DNA of 63,917 bases, counting the filler. It is 5 parts of 5 records of this genome, joined end to end, with 100 filler letters (N's around TTAATTAATTAA, not from the genome) between each part and the next. Parts side by side here need not be neighbours in the genome. Positions count along the whole stretch, not along the records: positions 1 to 26,843 come from DRR723986_5221; 4 more parts are not named here. One strand, 5' to 3'. The stretch's first letter is position 1; every line of letters starts with the position of its first letter. Of this stretch, positions 1 to 9,824 are shown one piece after another. Under the pieces are notes generated by a model. The model did not search any database. It was not told where the DNA came from and worked only from the letters and a program-made list of their open reading frames with translations. A program made the translations under genes and the position numbers.

Positions 1-643
1 ATCTATTGACTATGTCAACACCTTTTTCTGCTTTGTTACCAAACGGACCTATTTTCTGCTTTAAGTACCGTATTCCGCCATCAAACGGACGCTAAAACAT
101 TGCCGCTGGGCTGCTGCACAGCCAAAAAAGCGGGCTTAGAAACTCGTTACTCTCAGAGGTGGATTAAATATCCGATTGTGCGTTTGCTGGATCTTTGATT
201 CGAAATCTACAGATTCACTCTCGGGCAAGTGGATCCATATTTTGTGGTGCAGGGTTTTGTGGCAGACTTAAATACTTCCAGTTTCTGGTTCATTGACTAA
301 CATGAATGAAAAGAAGCAAGCCGCCGGACAGCTGACAAGCTCCAATCCTCCCAACAGCGAGACTCTATGAATAAAGTGGCGAAGCGCTCAAGCCAGTCCG
401 GCTAATAATAACGAGGCAATTGATGCAGCGGAACAAAGAAAATTGCCTGAGATGCGATTTTAACAAACTGCGCGGCCGCCAACGCTGCAAAACACGTGCC
501 CTGAGCTTCTTTTTACGCAAACAAGTACGAAGACCATGCCGAACAGGCCGAGAGTCTTAAACATGTTTTGAGTTCGCCAGGTGGCACCCAGTTGGACTGA
601 AGACGGCAAGTCGGATGGAGCAGAACTTTAACCTGAGCGTCAG

Positions 644-1558
644 TTAATTTCCGTGGGGACCGGTGCGGGGAAGTGGTGAGCGGTCGCGTACATACATGTC
701 AAGCCAGGAGCGCATATCGCGGTTGCTCTCGCGGCGGCGGCCGGCCAAAATGTGATCGGCATTATCGTACACAACCATTTTGTAGGGATGCAAACTGCGC
801 TGCAGAGCAAGCCCCAAATCATATGCATGTGAAGGTGCAATTTTTCGATCGCCGGTTCCGTGCTGCACCAAAAGCGGAGTGCTTTTACAAATTTCATCGG
901 CCCACAAGGCAGCAGAACGCTGGCGAGCTTCAGAATAATATTCCTCGGGTTTATCCAGATACGAAAGCAACAAACGGCGCAGGCGCGCTTTCTCGGGAAG
1001 ACTGGTAAAATTTGTGGGCGCTCCAAAGGTGACGGCGGCGCGGAATTCACTGCATTCGCGCAACATTAACAAGGCGACCATGCCACCGCGGCTTCCGCCG
1101 ACAAGTCCAACACGATCCATATCAACCGAAGGCATTACGCGTAAAATGTCCAGCAGCGCCAAACTGTCGCTAACATCACCGCGGCCCCATTCGTCCTGTC
1201 CCTGACTTCCACCGGCGCCACGGTACTGAGAAGCAATCGCGACGTAACCCCAGGAAGCAAACAGGCCAAGGTATTGCGCAACGGAAGCAGGTGTCAATTC
1301 GCCACGACGTGTTCCACCACGGTTAAATATTATGGCAGGTTTTGGTGCACTTGCAGTACCCGGCTCTTCAGCCAGACCAGAAGTTTGGGGTACAGCCATA
1401 AAACCACAAATTTCTAGGCCGTCGTTTAAATAAGTAATGGAATTGTATTCGGCAGATTGCATGGCGGCAAATTCGGCCGCGGGCATATTACGCTGTGCGA
1501 TTGAGATTGAAGCCTCAGGCAGGTGGATAGGCCTGGAGGAAATTATCTGAATTGACAT
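644..1558 (-). CDS. S9/prolyl oligopeptidase-family alpha/beta hydrolase
   Basis: NRGG oxyanion region, nucleophile elbow GGSRGG, QHGTGD acid motif, ADH catalytic His region. Confidence 0.85.
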   Translation of the reverse strand: MSIQIISSRPIHLPEASISIAQRNMPAAEFAAMQSAEYNSITYLNDGLEICGFMAVPQTSGLAEEPGTASAPKPAIIFNRGGTRRGELTPASVAQYLGLFASWGYVAIASQYRGAGGSQGQDEWGRGDVSDSLALLDILRVMPSVDMDRVGLVGGSRGGMVALLMLRECSEFRAAVTFGAPTNFTSLPEKARLRRLLLSYLDKPEEYYSEARQRSAALWADEICKSTPLLVQHGTGDRKIAPSHAYDLGLALQRSLHPYKMVVYDNADHILAGRRRESNRDMRSWLDMYVRDRSPLPRTGPHGN

Positions 1559-1687
1559 ATGAAATTGAAAAGTGTTAAAAATTCAGATAGTAAAATCCAA
1601 AATCGCCAGAAAGCTTGGAAGGTGAATCTAAATAATTTTTTCGCAAAGGTCGTAATGAAGCTTAAACGTTGAGCAAGGTATTTAAAA

Positions 1688-1798
1688 TGAGATACCCCTT
1701 GGTGTCACCACTCACCAAGGGGCACTCCCCTACTCACCTTTCACCACCACAACGAAAGGAGATCACATTTTCTGTTGAACTTTCTCCCGTTCGAACAG
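1688..1798 (-). ncRNA. candidate ~105-nt three-hairpin sRNA or leader RNA
   Basis: Lies between a consensus FCB-type promoter and a terminator; three stem-loops, two with GUGGUG in the loop region. Confidence 0.45.
1695..1722 (-). terminator. 10-bp stem-loop, probable intrinsic terminator or attenuator
   Basis: Minus strand CCCCTTGGTG-AGTGGTGA-CACCAAGGGG followed by TATCTCATTTT. Confidence 0.6.
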
Positions 1799-1800
1799 TA

Positions 1801-1832
1801 CAAATATACGTCGATCGATTCCGCTACGCAAA
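1801..1832 (-). promoter_or_regulatory. Bacteroidota-type housekeeping sigma promoter (-33 TTTG / -7 TAnnTTTG)
   Basis: Minus strand TTTG(1832-1829)-N20-TATATTTG(1808-1801), an exact match to the consensus. Confidence 0.65.
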
Positions 1833-1905
1833 CGTTTTTTAACGTTTTGGTTACAAACGTCGAATCGTTTTTTCAGGGCGTGTTACGAAATCGGAACATT
1901 GCTGA

Positions 1906-2991
1906 TTATACGGCACTTTCGGCCTTCAGTTGCTCGGTACGATCTGCCATGCGGACTTGCTCAATTACGGCTCCAACTTCACCTTCGATTACATCACGCA
2001 GGGTGAAGTTCTTGACGTCGCCGGTCAGGCGATGATCAGTGACGCGGTTCTGCGGGAAGTTGTAGGTCCGGATTTTATCCGAGCGGTCGCCACTGCCAAC
2101 CATTGTCTTGCGCACGGAAGCCATTTCGGCATGGCGGCGTGACGATTCCAATTCAAACAGGCGGGCGCGCAACACGCGCATCGCTTTGACACGATTCTTG
2201 AGCTGGCTGCGTTCCTCCTGACATTGCACGACAATCCCCGTGGGGTTGTGCACAATGCGGACGGCAGTTTCGACTTTGTTGACGTTCTGGCCGCCTTTAC
2301 CGCCGGCGCGGAAGATATCGATGCGCAGGTCGGCGTCATTTATCTCAATGTCAACATCTTCGGCTTCGGGCAATACAGCTACCGAGGCCGCCGAAGTATG
2401 AATCCGACCTGAAGCTTCGGTGGCCGGAACACGCTGAACGCGATGCACGCCACTTTCATACTTCATGATTCCAAAGACCTCGTCACCTTCCAGACTAAAG
2501 GAGACCTCTTTAAAGCCACCGTGGTCACCTTCGCTAAAACTGATGGTTTCGAGGCGCCACTTGCTGCGTTCGGCAAAGCGCTGGTACATGCGGAAAAGGT
2601 CGCCGGCAAAAATGGCAGCTTCGTCGCCGCCGGTTCCGGCACGGACTTCTACGATACAGTTGCGCGAGTCATTGGGGTCACGTGGCAGCAACATGAAACG
2701 CAGGTCCTCGGCCAGCTTGTCCAATTCACGCGCCAGTTCCTCGTTATCGCTACGAACGAGCTCCTTCATTTCGGCTTCCAAATCGGGACCGGCCAAGAGT
2801 TCGTCGTTTTGGCGACGTTCTTCCAGGACTTGCATGTAACGCCGGCCACATTTGGCCAGTTGTGCCAGTTCTTTTTGCTCGCGGCCCAGTTCCCGAAAGC
2901 GCTTAAAGTCGTTGACGACAATCGGATCCATCAGAAGCTGGTCGATTTCATCGGCGCGATCAAGTACAGCCTGTACTTTCTGTTCCATCAT
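1906..2991 (-). CDS. prfA: peptide chain release factor 1
   Basis: GGQ motif (GKGGQNVNK), RF1-specific PxT motif (RVPATE), IRTYNFPQNRVTDHR. Confidence 0.97.
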   Translation of the reverse strand: MMEQKVQAVLDRADEIDQLLMDPIVVNDFKRFRELGREQKELAQLAKCGRRYMQVLEERRQNDELLAGPDLEAEMKELVRSDNEELARELDKLAEDLRFMLLPRDPNDSRNCIVEVRAGTGGDEAAIFAGDLFRMYQRFAERSKWRLETISFSEGDHGGFKEVSFSLEGDEVFGIMKYESGVHRVQRVPATEASGRIHTSAASVAVLPEAEDVDIEINDADLRIDIFRAGGKGGQNVNKVETAVRIVHNPTGIVVQCQEERSQLKNRVKAMRVLRARLFELESSRRHAEMASVRKTMVGSGDRSDKIRTYNFPQNRVTDHRLTGDVKNFTLRDVIEGEVGAVIEQVRMADRTEQLKAESAV

Positions 2992-3165
2992 AGCTCGCCC
3001 ACGCGCACTGTTTTTACCTTTCGCGGCTCAAATTATTTTTGCTTATTGATCGCCGACGTAGAGCGAATTATGACTAAAATATTGCATGCCCTATTGCATC
3101 AGCTTGAGAATCATCTCAAGGATCAATTTCTATCCAACGCCTCCATCCCGGCATCGCGAGCAAAA

Positions 3166-5196
3166 ATGCATAGTACAAAGTCCTTTTATTACCTACTTCT
3201 GAGTATTCCATTCTTGCTGACGGGCTGTTTGCAGGACGACAATCCCAACCTGATCAACCCTCCTGTCCTTGAGGGCAGCATTCAACTGCGGATGCTCAAC
3301 CTGGCTGAGCCGGGAGTAAGCCGCAGCCTGGCGCTGGAGAGTGGCAGGACTTCAAGCCCAACACCGTATGGCGAATTCTCAGAGTTTCTGGAAATTGACT
3401 CCGACTCTCTGTTCGCCGATTTTGTGGACAATCAGAGCACTATGCGCTTCCGCTCGGAAAATCGCTTGCGTTTCCTGCGCAACTCCTATCAAACAATGAT
3501 AGCTCTGCCGGCGCGCAACCCGGGCGAGTTCAGCGACACCTCTCTTTTTATTAATGTGATCGATGACAGCTTAAGTCGTCCGGCAAATAGCGCGTTTATT
3601 CGCCTGGTAAATGCTGCCGTGACATCCGACTTAGGCATAACGATGCGCCGCGGCTGCCCTAACGGTACAGTTCTGGCCAATAGCATCAGCCCCTATATCT
3701 TCAGTGGACAATCCGAACTGGAACCAGGAGCATACATTATTACATTAAGTGCCTTTGATAACGGAAGCTCACAGGCCGTGGTACAACAGAGTTATGAAAT
3801 CTCCGTTGAAAGCGAACAGGACTATGCGGTTATCGTCCGCAACATAGATCAAAATGGATTTGACGTTCTCCTACTGGACGAACGCAAGGAAACTCCCGAA
3901 GGATTGCTGCCAATCACTCCCAGCTTGGCGACGGAGTCACGCATGCGCGTGATCAACTTCGCTTCGGAAGCTGTAAGTGTTCAAAAATTGACCGGCGAAG
4001 CGCCACAAGATCTGGCGCTCAACCTGGGCACAGCTACCAGCTCGCCCTACAGCGTTGTCACCGCTTGTGAGTCGTCAACCGATGATGAATTTCAAGCGAT
4101 CCGCGGTCTTGACACGATCGATCTGCGCCTCTCTCTGGACGTACTCGTTGATTACACGATCCTGGTTGGCGACGATGACAATGAAACTACTACGATTGAT
4201 GCAGCAATTCTGCCGCCATACTCTCTCTTTACTGATGTGGGTTTTGATCTGTTCTGTAATGTCCGCGTCGTAAACATGATTCCAAGTGATGCGGCTGTGC
4301 AAATTTTACTTGGTGCACGTACAACAGATGATGGTGTTTATGAGCCCGGCTTCACGCTGGCGCGCAAGGCATCCTATGCAAGTGTTGTCAACCCCGTTGT
4401 TACACGGCCTGGTCCGGCACCAATACTCATGTTTACGGAAGCGACGCCGCGGCGCCTGCTGGAGACAAGCCTTGTCAACTTTGAAGCTAACCGGCGTTAT
4501 CTGATTATTGCGGCGCTGGACGCAGATGGTGCTCCACGCATTTTTGTGTTGGATGAAGATGCCGACCCTGCCGGCGAAACAGTTTTGCAGTCGGAGGCCC
4601 CGGCAGTTTTCACACAGTTTGTAAACGTGATCAGTGATGCGGCCAAAAGCCTGGTGAGTTATGGTGGAGTTATTGAACTGGCCGAGAGATTTCACGGCGA
4701 ATTTGGAGCCACAGCGCTTCCGCCAGGAATGCATGACTTCCAGATCGACAATGCGAGTCAGACAATTGAATTGCAGGCCGGGCAGCGGACATTAGTTGTT
4801 GCCAGTGGCACCAGTGCTGATACAGACATCCAGGCATTCACCTCGGATCCGCTGGACGCCAGCCTGGGGCAGATAAAACGCCGATACCTTAACGCAAGTA
4901 ATTTGATTCCACAAGCCACGATTGCACTCGACTCGCTCGGAGGTGAGGTCGTCACAACTGAACTTACATATCTAACAGCTTCAGACGTTCAAACCGTTAC
5001 AATTGAACGACGGACCTCGTTCGTCGCGTCGGAAACAGGTGCGGGAACCTCAGCTGACGACGTCCTCATCAATGCTGATGTAAGCCAGAACTTTGGCAAA
5101 AACTATTCGATTATTCTAAGCCACAGCGTAGGCGAGGGTGAAACGCCCAGCCGTGAAAATGCACGCTTTCGACTTCTTGTGCAGCAGGAATACTAA
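3166..5196 (+). CDS. lipoprotein with multiple DUF4397-like beta-sandwich repeats
   Basis: Start reassigned to ATG 3166 (MHSTKSFYYLLLSIPFLLTGC, lipobox LTGC); recurring repeat starts RMLNLA, RLVNAA, RVINFA, RVVNMI, QFVNVI, RYLNAS; the longer ORF from 2443 overlaps prfA antisense. Confidence 0.7.
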   Translation: MHSTKSFYYLLLSIPFLLTGCLQDDNPNLINPPVLEGSIQLRMLNLAEPGVSRSLALESGRTSSPTPYGEFSEFLEIDSDSLFADFVDNQSTMRFRSENRLRFLRNSYQTMIALPARNPGEFSDTSLFINVIDDSLSRPANSAFIRLVNAAVTSDLGITMRRGCPNGTVLANSISPYIFSGQSELEPGAYIITLSAFDNGSSQAVVQQSYEISVESEQDYAVIVRNIDQNGFDVLLLDERKETPEGLLPITPSLATESRMRVINFASEAVSVQKLTGEAPQDLALNLGTATSSPYSVVTACESSTDDEFQAIRGLDTIDLRLSLDVLVDYTILVGDDDNETTTIDAAILPPYSLFTDVGFDLFCNVRVVNMIPSDAAVQILLGARTTDDGVYEPGFTLARKASYASVVNPVVTRPGPAPILMFTEATPRRLLETSLVNFEANRRYLIIAALDADGAPRIFVLDEDADPAGETVLQSEAPAVFTQFVNVISDAAKSLVSYGGVIELAERFHGEFGATALPPGMHDFQIDNASQTIELQAGQRTLVVASGTSADTDIQAFTSDPLDASLGQIKRRYLNASNLIPQATIALDSLGGEVVTTELTYLTASDVQTVTIERRTSFVASETGAGTSADDVLINADVSQNFGKNYSIILSHSVGEGETPSRENARFRLLVQQEY

Positions 5197-5204
5197 AAGC
5201 CAAG

Positions 5205-6188
5205 CTAGTTAACATCTAAGACAATTTTTCCGATGTTGCGCCCGGCATGCATATGTTGATGCGCGGCATCGGCCTGTTCCAGTTTATACACGCTGTCCAC
5301 TTGCGCACTAAATGCACCGCTCCGCCACAGTGGCAAAAACTCGGCGCGCAAGCTTGCTGCCAGACTACTTTTAACTTCTTCTGATGCACCTCGCAGTGTG
5401 CTGGCAGAAATCCTGATGGACTTGCGTAACACCTGCGCCAGGTTAATCTGGCTTTGGCGGCCACTTAACAAACCGATTAGTACCAGGCGACCGTCCTCCC
5501 CCAAGGCATTAACACATTCACTAAACTGTTCACCGCCGAGCATGTCCAGCACACAGTGCAGGCCCGAGGGACCGGTCCACTTACGCAGCTCAGCAAATAC
5601 GTCTTCCTGGCGATAGTTGATTGCTAATTCTGCACCAAGTGCAGTGCAACGCGCTAATTTTTCCGCCGAGCCGGCCGAACAGGCAACACGCGTACCATGC
5701 GCCACAGCAAGTTGAATGGCGGCTGTGCCAACACCCGAAGCCCCGGCATTAACATAGAGTAATTCGTCCGCAGCAAGTTTGCCAATCAAAAACAGGTTGC
5801 GCCAGGCAGTCGCCACAGCCTCAGGTACTGCCGCCGCCGACCTTAAGTCTACACCATCAGCTACAGGTAGGAGCTGTGAAGCCGGCACGCAACAATACTC
5901 AGCATAAGCACCGCCGGGAACAAGCGCACAAACGCGATCCCCGACGGACCATTCCAAATTGTTAACATTTGTACCAAGCGATTCGATGACGCCGGAACAT
6001 TCAAGCCCCAGGACTTCAGTAACGCCAGGTGGCGGCGGGTAAAATCCTCGGCGTTGAAGTAGGTCGGCACGGTTAACTCCCGTAGCTGCAATGCGAATGC
6101 GAACTTCGTCTGCACGTGCTACGGGCGCAGCCACCTTACGAAACTGTAGTGCACCCGCATCATCAGCAAAAACTGCACGCATCTGCAT
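5205..6188 (-). CDS. NAD(P)H-quinone oxidoreductase, PIG3/zeta-crystallin family
   Basis: GVNRADLLQRRGFYPPPPG, GLECSG, AGASGVG nucleotide-binding motif, GKIVL C-terminus. Confidence 0.92.
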   Translation of the reverse strand: MQMRAVFADDAGALQFRKVAAPVARADEVRIRIAATGVNRADLLQRRGFYPPPPGVTEVLGLECSGVIESLGTNVNNLEWSVGDRVCALVPGGAYAEYCCVPASQLLPVADGVDLRSAAAVPEAVATAWRNLFLIGKLAADELLYVNAGASGVGTAAIQLAVAHGTRVACSAGSAEKLARCTALGAELAINYRQEDVFAELRKWTGPSGLHCVLDMLGGEQFSECVNALGEDGRLVLIGLLSGRQSQINLAQVLRKSIRISASTLRGASEEVKSSLAASLRAEFLPLWRSGAFSAQVDSVYKLEQADAAHQHMHAGRNIGKIVLDVN

Positions 6189-6207
6189 AGTGTTTTAACA
6201 CCCGTAA

Positions 6208-7050
6208 TTACCAGAAGGTATATGAAAATCCAACCGACAATACCTGTGCCAATTGACGCTTCGCCGAGATATCACGGTCATACTGCAAACGCACGTTAAG
6301 ATTGACCGAAATAATCTCTGTCAGCTTACCTTCCAGAACGTTGTCAAAGTTAACATCAATCGCTTCGGCTTCTGAAAAGTCAGTGAAGAGTTCCAGGCGG
6401 CCTTTATATGAAATTGTTTCCGAGAGAGGGAGCTTGGCGGTCGAGACAGACTGCAAACCGACTTCAACGCGGACTTTCTCAATTTCATCAGGCGTTTCCG
6501 GATCATCACTATAGAGAATTGCGAACTCATCTGCGATTGTCTGCTTAACAGCAAAACCGAGGCGCGTGTTAACATCTTTATACGGCGAGTAGCCCATGCC
6601 AAGTGCCTGTGTAAGGTAGGCAGGCTCAAACAAGGCCGATACTTTGGTTTTTGTATCCTCTTCAAAAACATAACCATCGGCAACCTGCGTGCGCAGCTTG
6701 AACGACGCATATGGATTGACATAGATGTTGACCTTATATGTCCAAACCGACTCAAATAAGAGTTCGTCTACATTTTTGCGCGTGTCTTCGCTGCCAATTT
6801 TTGTTTGGCCATAATCAAACTCAAGTGTGTTGGCCCAGCTGCTGCGGCCTGCGTACAAGGTGTCGGCATTCATTAAGCTAAACTGCCAGGCAAAAGTGTC
6901 CTCACCGCCGGCAACCCAGTTGGAATAGGAGCTCTGTGTGATATTAAGGCCAACACCAAATTCATGACTCCAATACGTAGTGTCCTGTGCCTGCACACTG
7001 AAGGAAGCTGCAACACTCAAGAAAATTACAAGAAGTAAGCGATTAGTCAT
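6208..7050 (-). CDS. DUF3078-like outer-membrane beta-barrel protein
   Basis: Signal peptide from MTNRLLL..VQAQ, TQSSYSNWVAGGE motif, amphipathic strands, aromatic C-terminus GFSYTFW. Confidence 0.8.
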   Translation of the reverse strand: MTNRLLLVIFLSVAASFSVQAQDTTYWSHEFGVGLNITQSSYSNWVAGGEDTFAWQFSLMNADTLYAGRSSWANTLEFDYGQTKIGSEDTRKNVDELLFESVWTYKVNIYVNPYASFKLRTQVADGYVFEEDTKTKVSALFEPAYLTQALGMGYSPYKDVNTRLGFAVKQTIADEFAILYSDDPETPDEIEKVRVEVGLQSVSTAKLPLSETISYKGRLELFTDFSEAEAIDVNFDNVLEGKLTEIISVNLNVRLQYDRDISAKRQLAQVLSVGFSYTFW

Positions 7051-7092
7051 AAGTCCCCACAAGCAATAATTGGTTCTGTGCAAATTCACCTA

Positions 7093-7124
7093 CAAAATTA
7101 CGCATCCGCGCAGTCAAGCGCAAT
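7093..7124 (-). promoter_or_regulatory. FCB-type promoter for the DUF3078 gene
   Basis: Minus strand (A)TTG-N20-TAATTTTG about 45 nt upstream of the start. Confidence 0.5.
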
Positions 7125-7276
7125 TTGCAGTGCATGGCTCAGCAGGTCACGAAGCCCAAAAACAACAATTTTGGGTGAAAGTTCGTATCTTTCGATTCTG
7201 CCTGCAACAAGCATCCCCCCTTACTTCCGGCAGCAGGCTTCTACCCTTTTGACTCAATTCTGGCAGGCAATCATAC

Positions 7277-9739
7277 ATGGCAAACAAACGAATCCGACGC
7301 TCAAATCCGGTCCGAGAACTTCCAACCCGCGAATTACGCTGGACCTGCCCCAACTCCAAATTCAAATTCACTTCCACCAAGACACTTGACACCCTCAAAG
7401 AAATCGTCGGCCAGCCGCGCGCCGTGGAATCGATTCAGCTGGGCGCCAAACTCTTCTCGCCCGGCTACAACATCTTCGTCTCGGGCCTCTCAGGTACCGG
7501 CCGCCTGACAACGGTCAAAAAGCTGCTGCAGTCCGTTCGCAGCACTAAAAACTTCACGTTTGACTACTGCTACGTTTACAACTTCAAGAATGCAGATCAG
7601 CCAACGCTGCTGAAATTCAACCGCGGCATGGGCAAAGCTTTCTGCAACGCCATGAGTGAAACCATCTCCTTCCTGCGCAGCCGCATTCCGCAGCTGTTTG
7701 AAGAAGAAGGTTTCCAAAAGACGCGCCGCTCCCTGGTAATCCGCTTTCAGCAAAAGGAAAAACAAGTTCTCTCCGAGTTTGACGCCAAACTGCGCCCCAA
7801 AGGTTTTTTCCTGACGCAGTCTGAAAACGAAGACGGCGTGATCCAGTACGAACTGCTCTTCAATATTAAAGATGAGAACTACAGCATTGAAGATCTGCGT
7901 GAATTGGTCTCCAAGGAAATCATTACCGAAGCGCAGTCCAAAAAAATCAATGCGGCCTATCAGCACTATGCTGAGGAGTTCTCCGACATCGCCCGCGAAC
8001 GCATACGGATTGTGCAGGAGTTCCAGCGCGAACTCAAAGAACACGACCGCCTGGCGGCAACACTGATCGTGAAGTCTTCCATCGATGACATGCGCAGCAA
8101 TTTCTCCGAGGAAGAAGCGAGCGTCCTAAAACATCTGGACATTGTCTATAATCATGTGCTGGACAACCTGGCGGCTTTCCATCCGGATCACAATCTGATG
8201 ATGCCGATCCCGACTGATAGCGACCGCGGTGAGGAAGACCCTTTTGATGTCTATCGCGTCAACGTTGTGATGGATAATACGGACACCGAAGGTGGACCAA
8301 TTGTCATCGAAACCAACCCGACGCTCACCAACCTGTTTGGCACAATCGAACGCAAGTTTGACCGGCGCGGTTTCTGGAAAACCGACTTCATGCATATCAA
8401 GGGTGGCTCCCTGCTGAAAGCCGACGGCGGTTACCTGATTCTCAACGCATTGGATATGCTCGGTGAGCAGGGTGTATGGAAAGCGCTAAAGCGAGTCCTG
8501 CTCCACAGAAAACTGCAAATTCAGGCGTCCGACAGCTACTTCCAGGTTTCACAAATTGCTGTTAAGCCAGAGCCGATTGATATAAATGTCAAAATCATCA
8601 TGATCGGTGATGAAGACATATATCGCCTGCTCTATTTTGAAGAAGAAGACTTCCGCAAAATGTTTAAGATCAATGCCAACTTCGATTACGAAGCGGAGTT
8701 GAGCGATGCGATGATCCAAAACTACGCCTCCTTAACACATAAGATTTGTGAAGATGAGGGCCTGCGGCACTTTGGTAAAAGTGGGATGGCGGCGCTGATT
8801 GAATTCGGCGTGGCACATGCCGGAACCCGCGGACACATCAGCCTGCGGTTTAGCGACGTGGCCGACGTAATTCGCGAAGCTTCGTATTATGCACGTAAAG
8901 CCAGCGCAAAGCTCGTGGCACGTGCACATGTTGAACAGGCTCTTGTCCAACGTAAATGGCGCGACAATCTGCTCGATGAAAAGCTGCACAATGCAATTAT
9001 CGACGGCACATTTTTGATTGACACCAAAGGTGAACGCCTCGGCCAGATAAATGGCCTCTCAGTCTACAGCACAGGTCTTGTGTCTTTTGGTAAACCTATT
9101 CGGATTACATCCAGTGTCGGTGTCGGCTCCGCTGGAATTGTTAACATTGAGCGCGAAGTCGAATTGAGTGGCAGCAGTCACGACAAAGGCATCCTGATTT
9201 TAAGCGGCTTCCTGCGCGAGCGTTTTGCTACAAGTGCGCCAATTGCGCTCTCCGCCTCAATTGCTTTTGAGCAGTCCTACGATGAAATTGACGGTGACAG
9301 CGCCTCTTCGACTGAGATTTACGCCGTCCTTTCCAGCCTGGCGGACATCCCAATTCGTCAGTACATCGCCGTAACCGGATCGGTTAACCAAAAGGGTGAC
9401 ATCCAGCCAATTGGTGGTGTTAACGAAAAGATTGAAGGCTTCTTTCAGGTATGTGAAGCGCGGGGCCTCAACGGTAATCACGGCGTCATCATCCCCGAAC
9501 AGAACATCAAGAACCTCATGCTTCCGCCCGAAGTCATTCAGGCTGTTAAAGACAAGAAGTTCCACATCTGGGCAGTTTCGAGCATTGAACAAGGCATCGA
9601 ACTGTTAACCGGTGTTCCGGCCGGCACACCCAAAGACATCGAAACGTTTAATCCCGATACTATTTACGGCCGTGTAGCCCAGCGCCTGGAAGACTATCGC
9701 CAGGCAATGAAAGAACACGGCGGCGACGACACGGAATAA
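7277..9739 (+). CDS. Lon-like protease (LonC/AAA_32 + Lon_C type)
   Basis: IVGQPRA, GQINGLSV, DGDSASS catalytic Ser, TGSVNQKG, GGVNEKIEGF catalytic Lys. Confidence 0.9.
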   Translation: MANKRIRRSNPVRELPTRELRWTCPNSKFKFTSTKTLDTLKEIVGQPRAVESIQLGAKLFSPGYNIFVSGLSGTGRLTTVKKLLQSVRSTKNFTFDYCYVYNFKNADQPTLLKFNRGMGKAFCNAMSETISFLRSRIPQLFEEEGFQKTRRSLVIRFQQKEKQVLSEFDAKLRPKGFFLTQSENEDGVIQYELLFNIKDENYSIEDLRELVSKEIITEAQSKKINAAYQHYAEEFSDIARERIRIVQEFQRELKEHDRLAATLIVKSSIDDMRSNFSEEEASVLKHLDIVYNHVLDNLAAFHPDHNLMMPIPTDSDRGEEDPFDVYRVNVVMDNTDTEGGPIVIETNPTLTNLFGTIERKFDRRGFWKTDFMHIKGGSLLKADGGYLILNALDMLGEQGVWKALKRVLLHRKLQIQASDSYFQVSQIAVKPEPIDINVKIIMIGDEDIYRLLYFEEEDFRKMFKINANFDYEAELSDAMIQNYASLTHKICEDEGLRHFGKSGMAALIEFGVAHAGTRGHISLRFSDVADVIREASYYARKASAKLVARAHVEQALVQRKWRDNLLDEKLHNAIIDGTFLIDTKGERLGQINGLSVYSTGLVSFGKPIRITSSVGVGSAGIVNIEREVELSGSSHDKGILILSGFLRERFATSAPIALSASIAFEQSYDEIDGDSASSTEIYAVLSSLADIPIRQYIAVTGSVNQKGDIQPIGGVNEKIEGFFQVCEARGLNGNHGVIIPEQNIKNLMLPPEVIQAVKDKKFHIWAVSSIEQGIELLTGVPAGTPKDIETFNPDTIYGRVAQRLEDYRQAMKEHGGDDTE

Positions 9740-9824
9740 TCGCCGGAACGCAGTTCGGGTTTAGGACCCGCGCCATCAGTTAACATTCTCATCATTTAAC
9801 TCTTGCAACGCAGCAGATATTGTT

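Noticed and set aside
1-640. Non-coding contig start with TTGAC-TAT-GTCAA palindrome and short repeats (TTTTCTGCTTT, CAAACGGAC)
   Set aside because: Repeats are short, two-copy and irregular; no CRISPR-like periodicity or convincing fold, and the context is truncated
2443-3165. N-terminal 241 aa of the 917-aa ORF
   Set aside because: Largely an antisense shadow of prfA; the real protein starts at the lipoprotein signal at 3166
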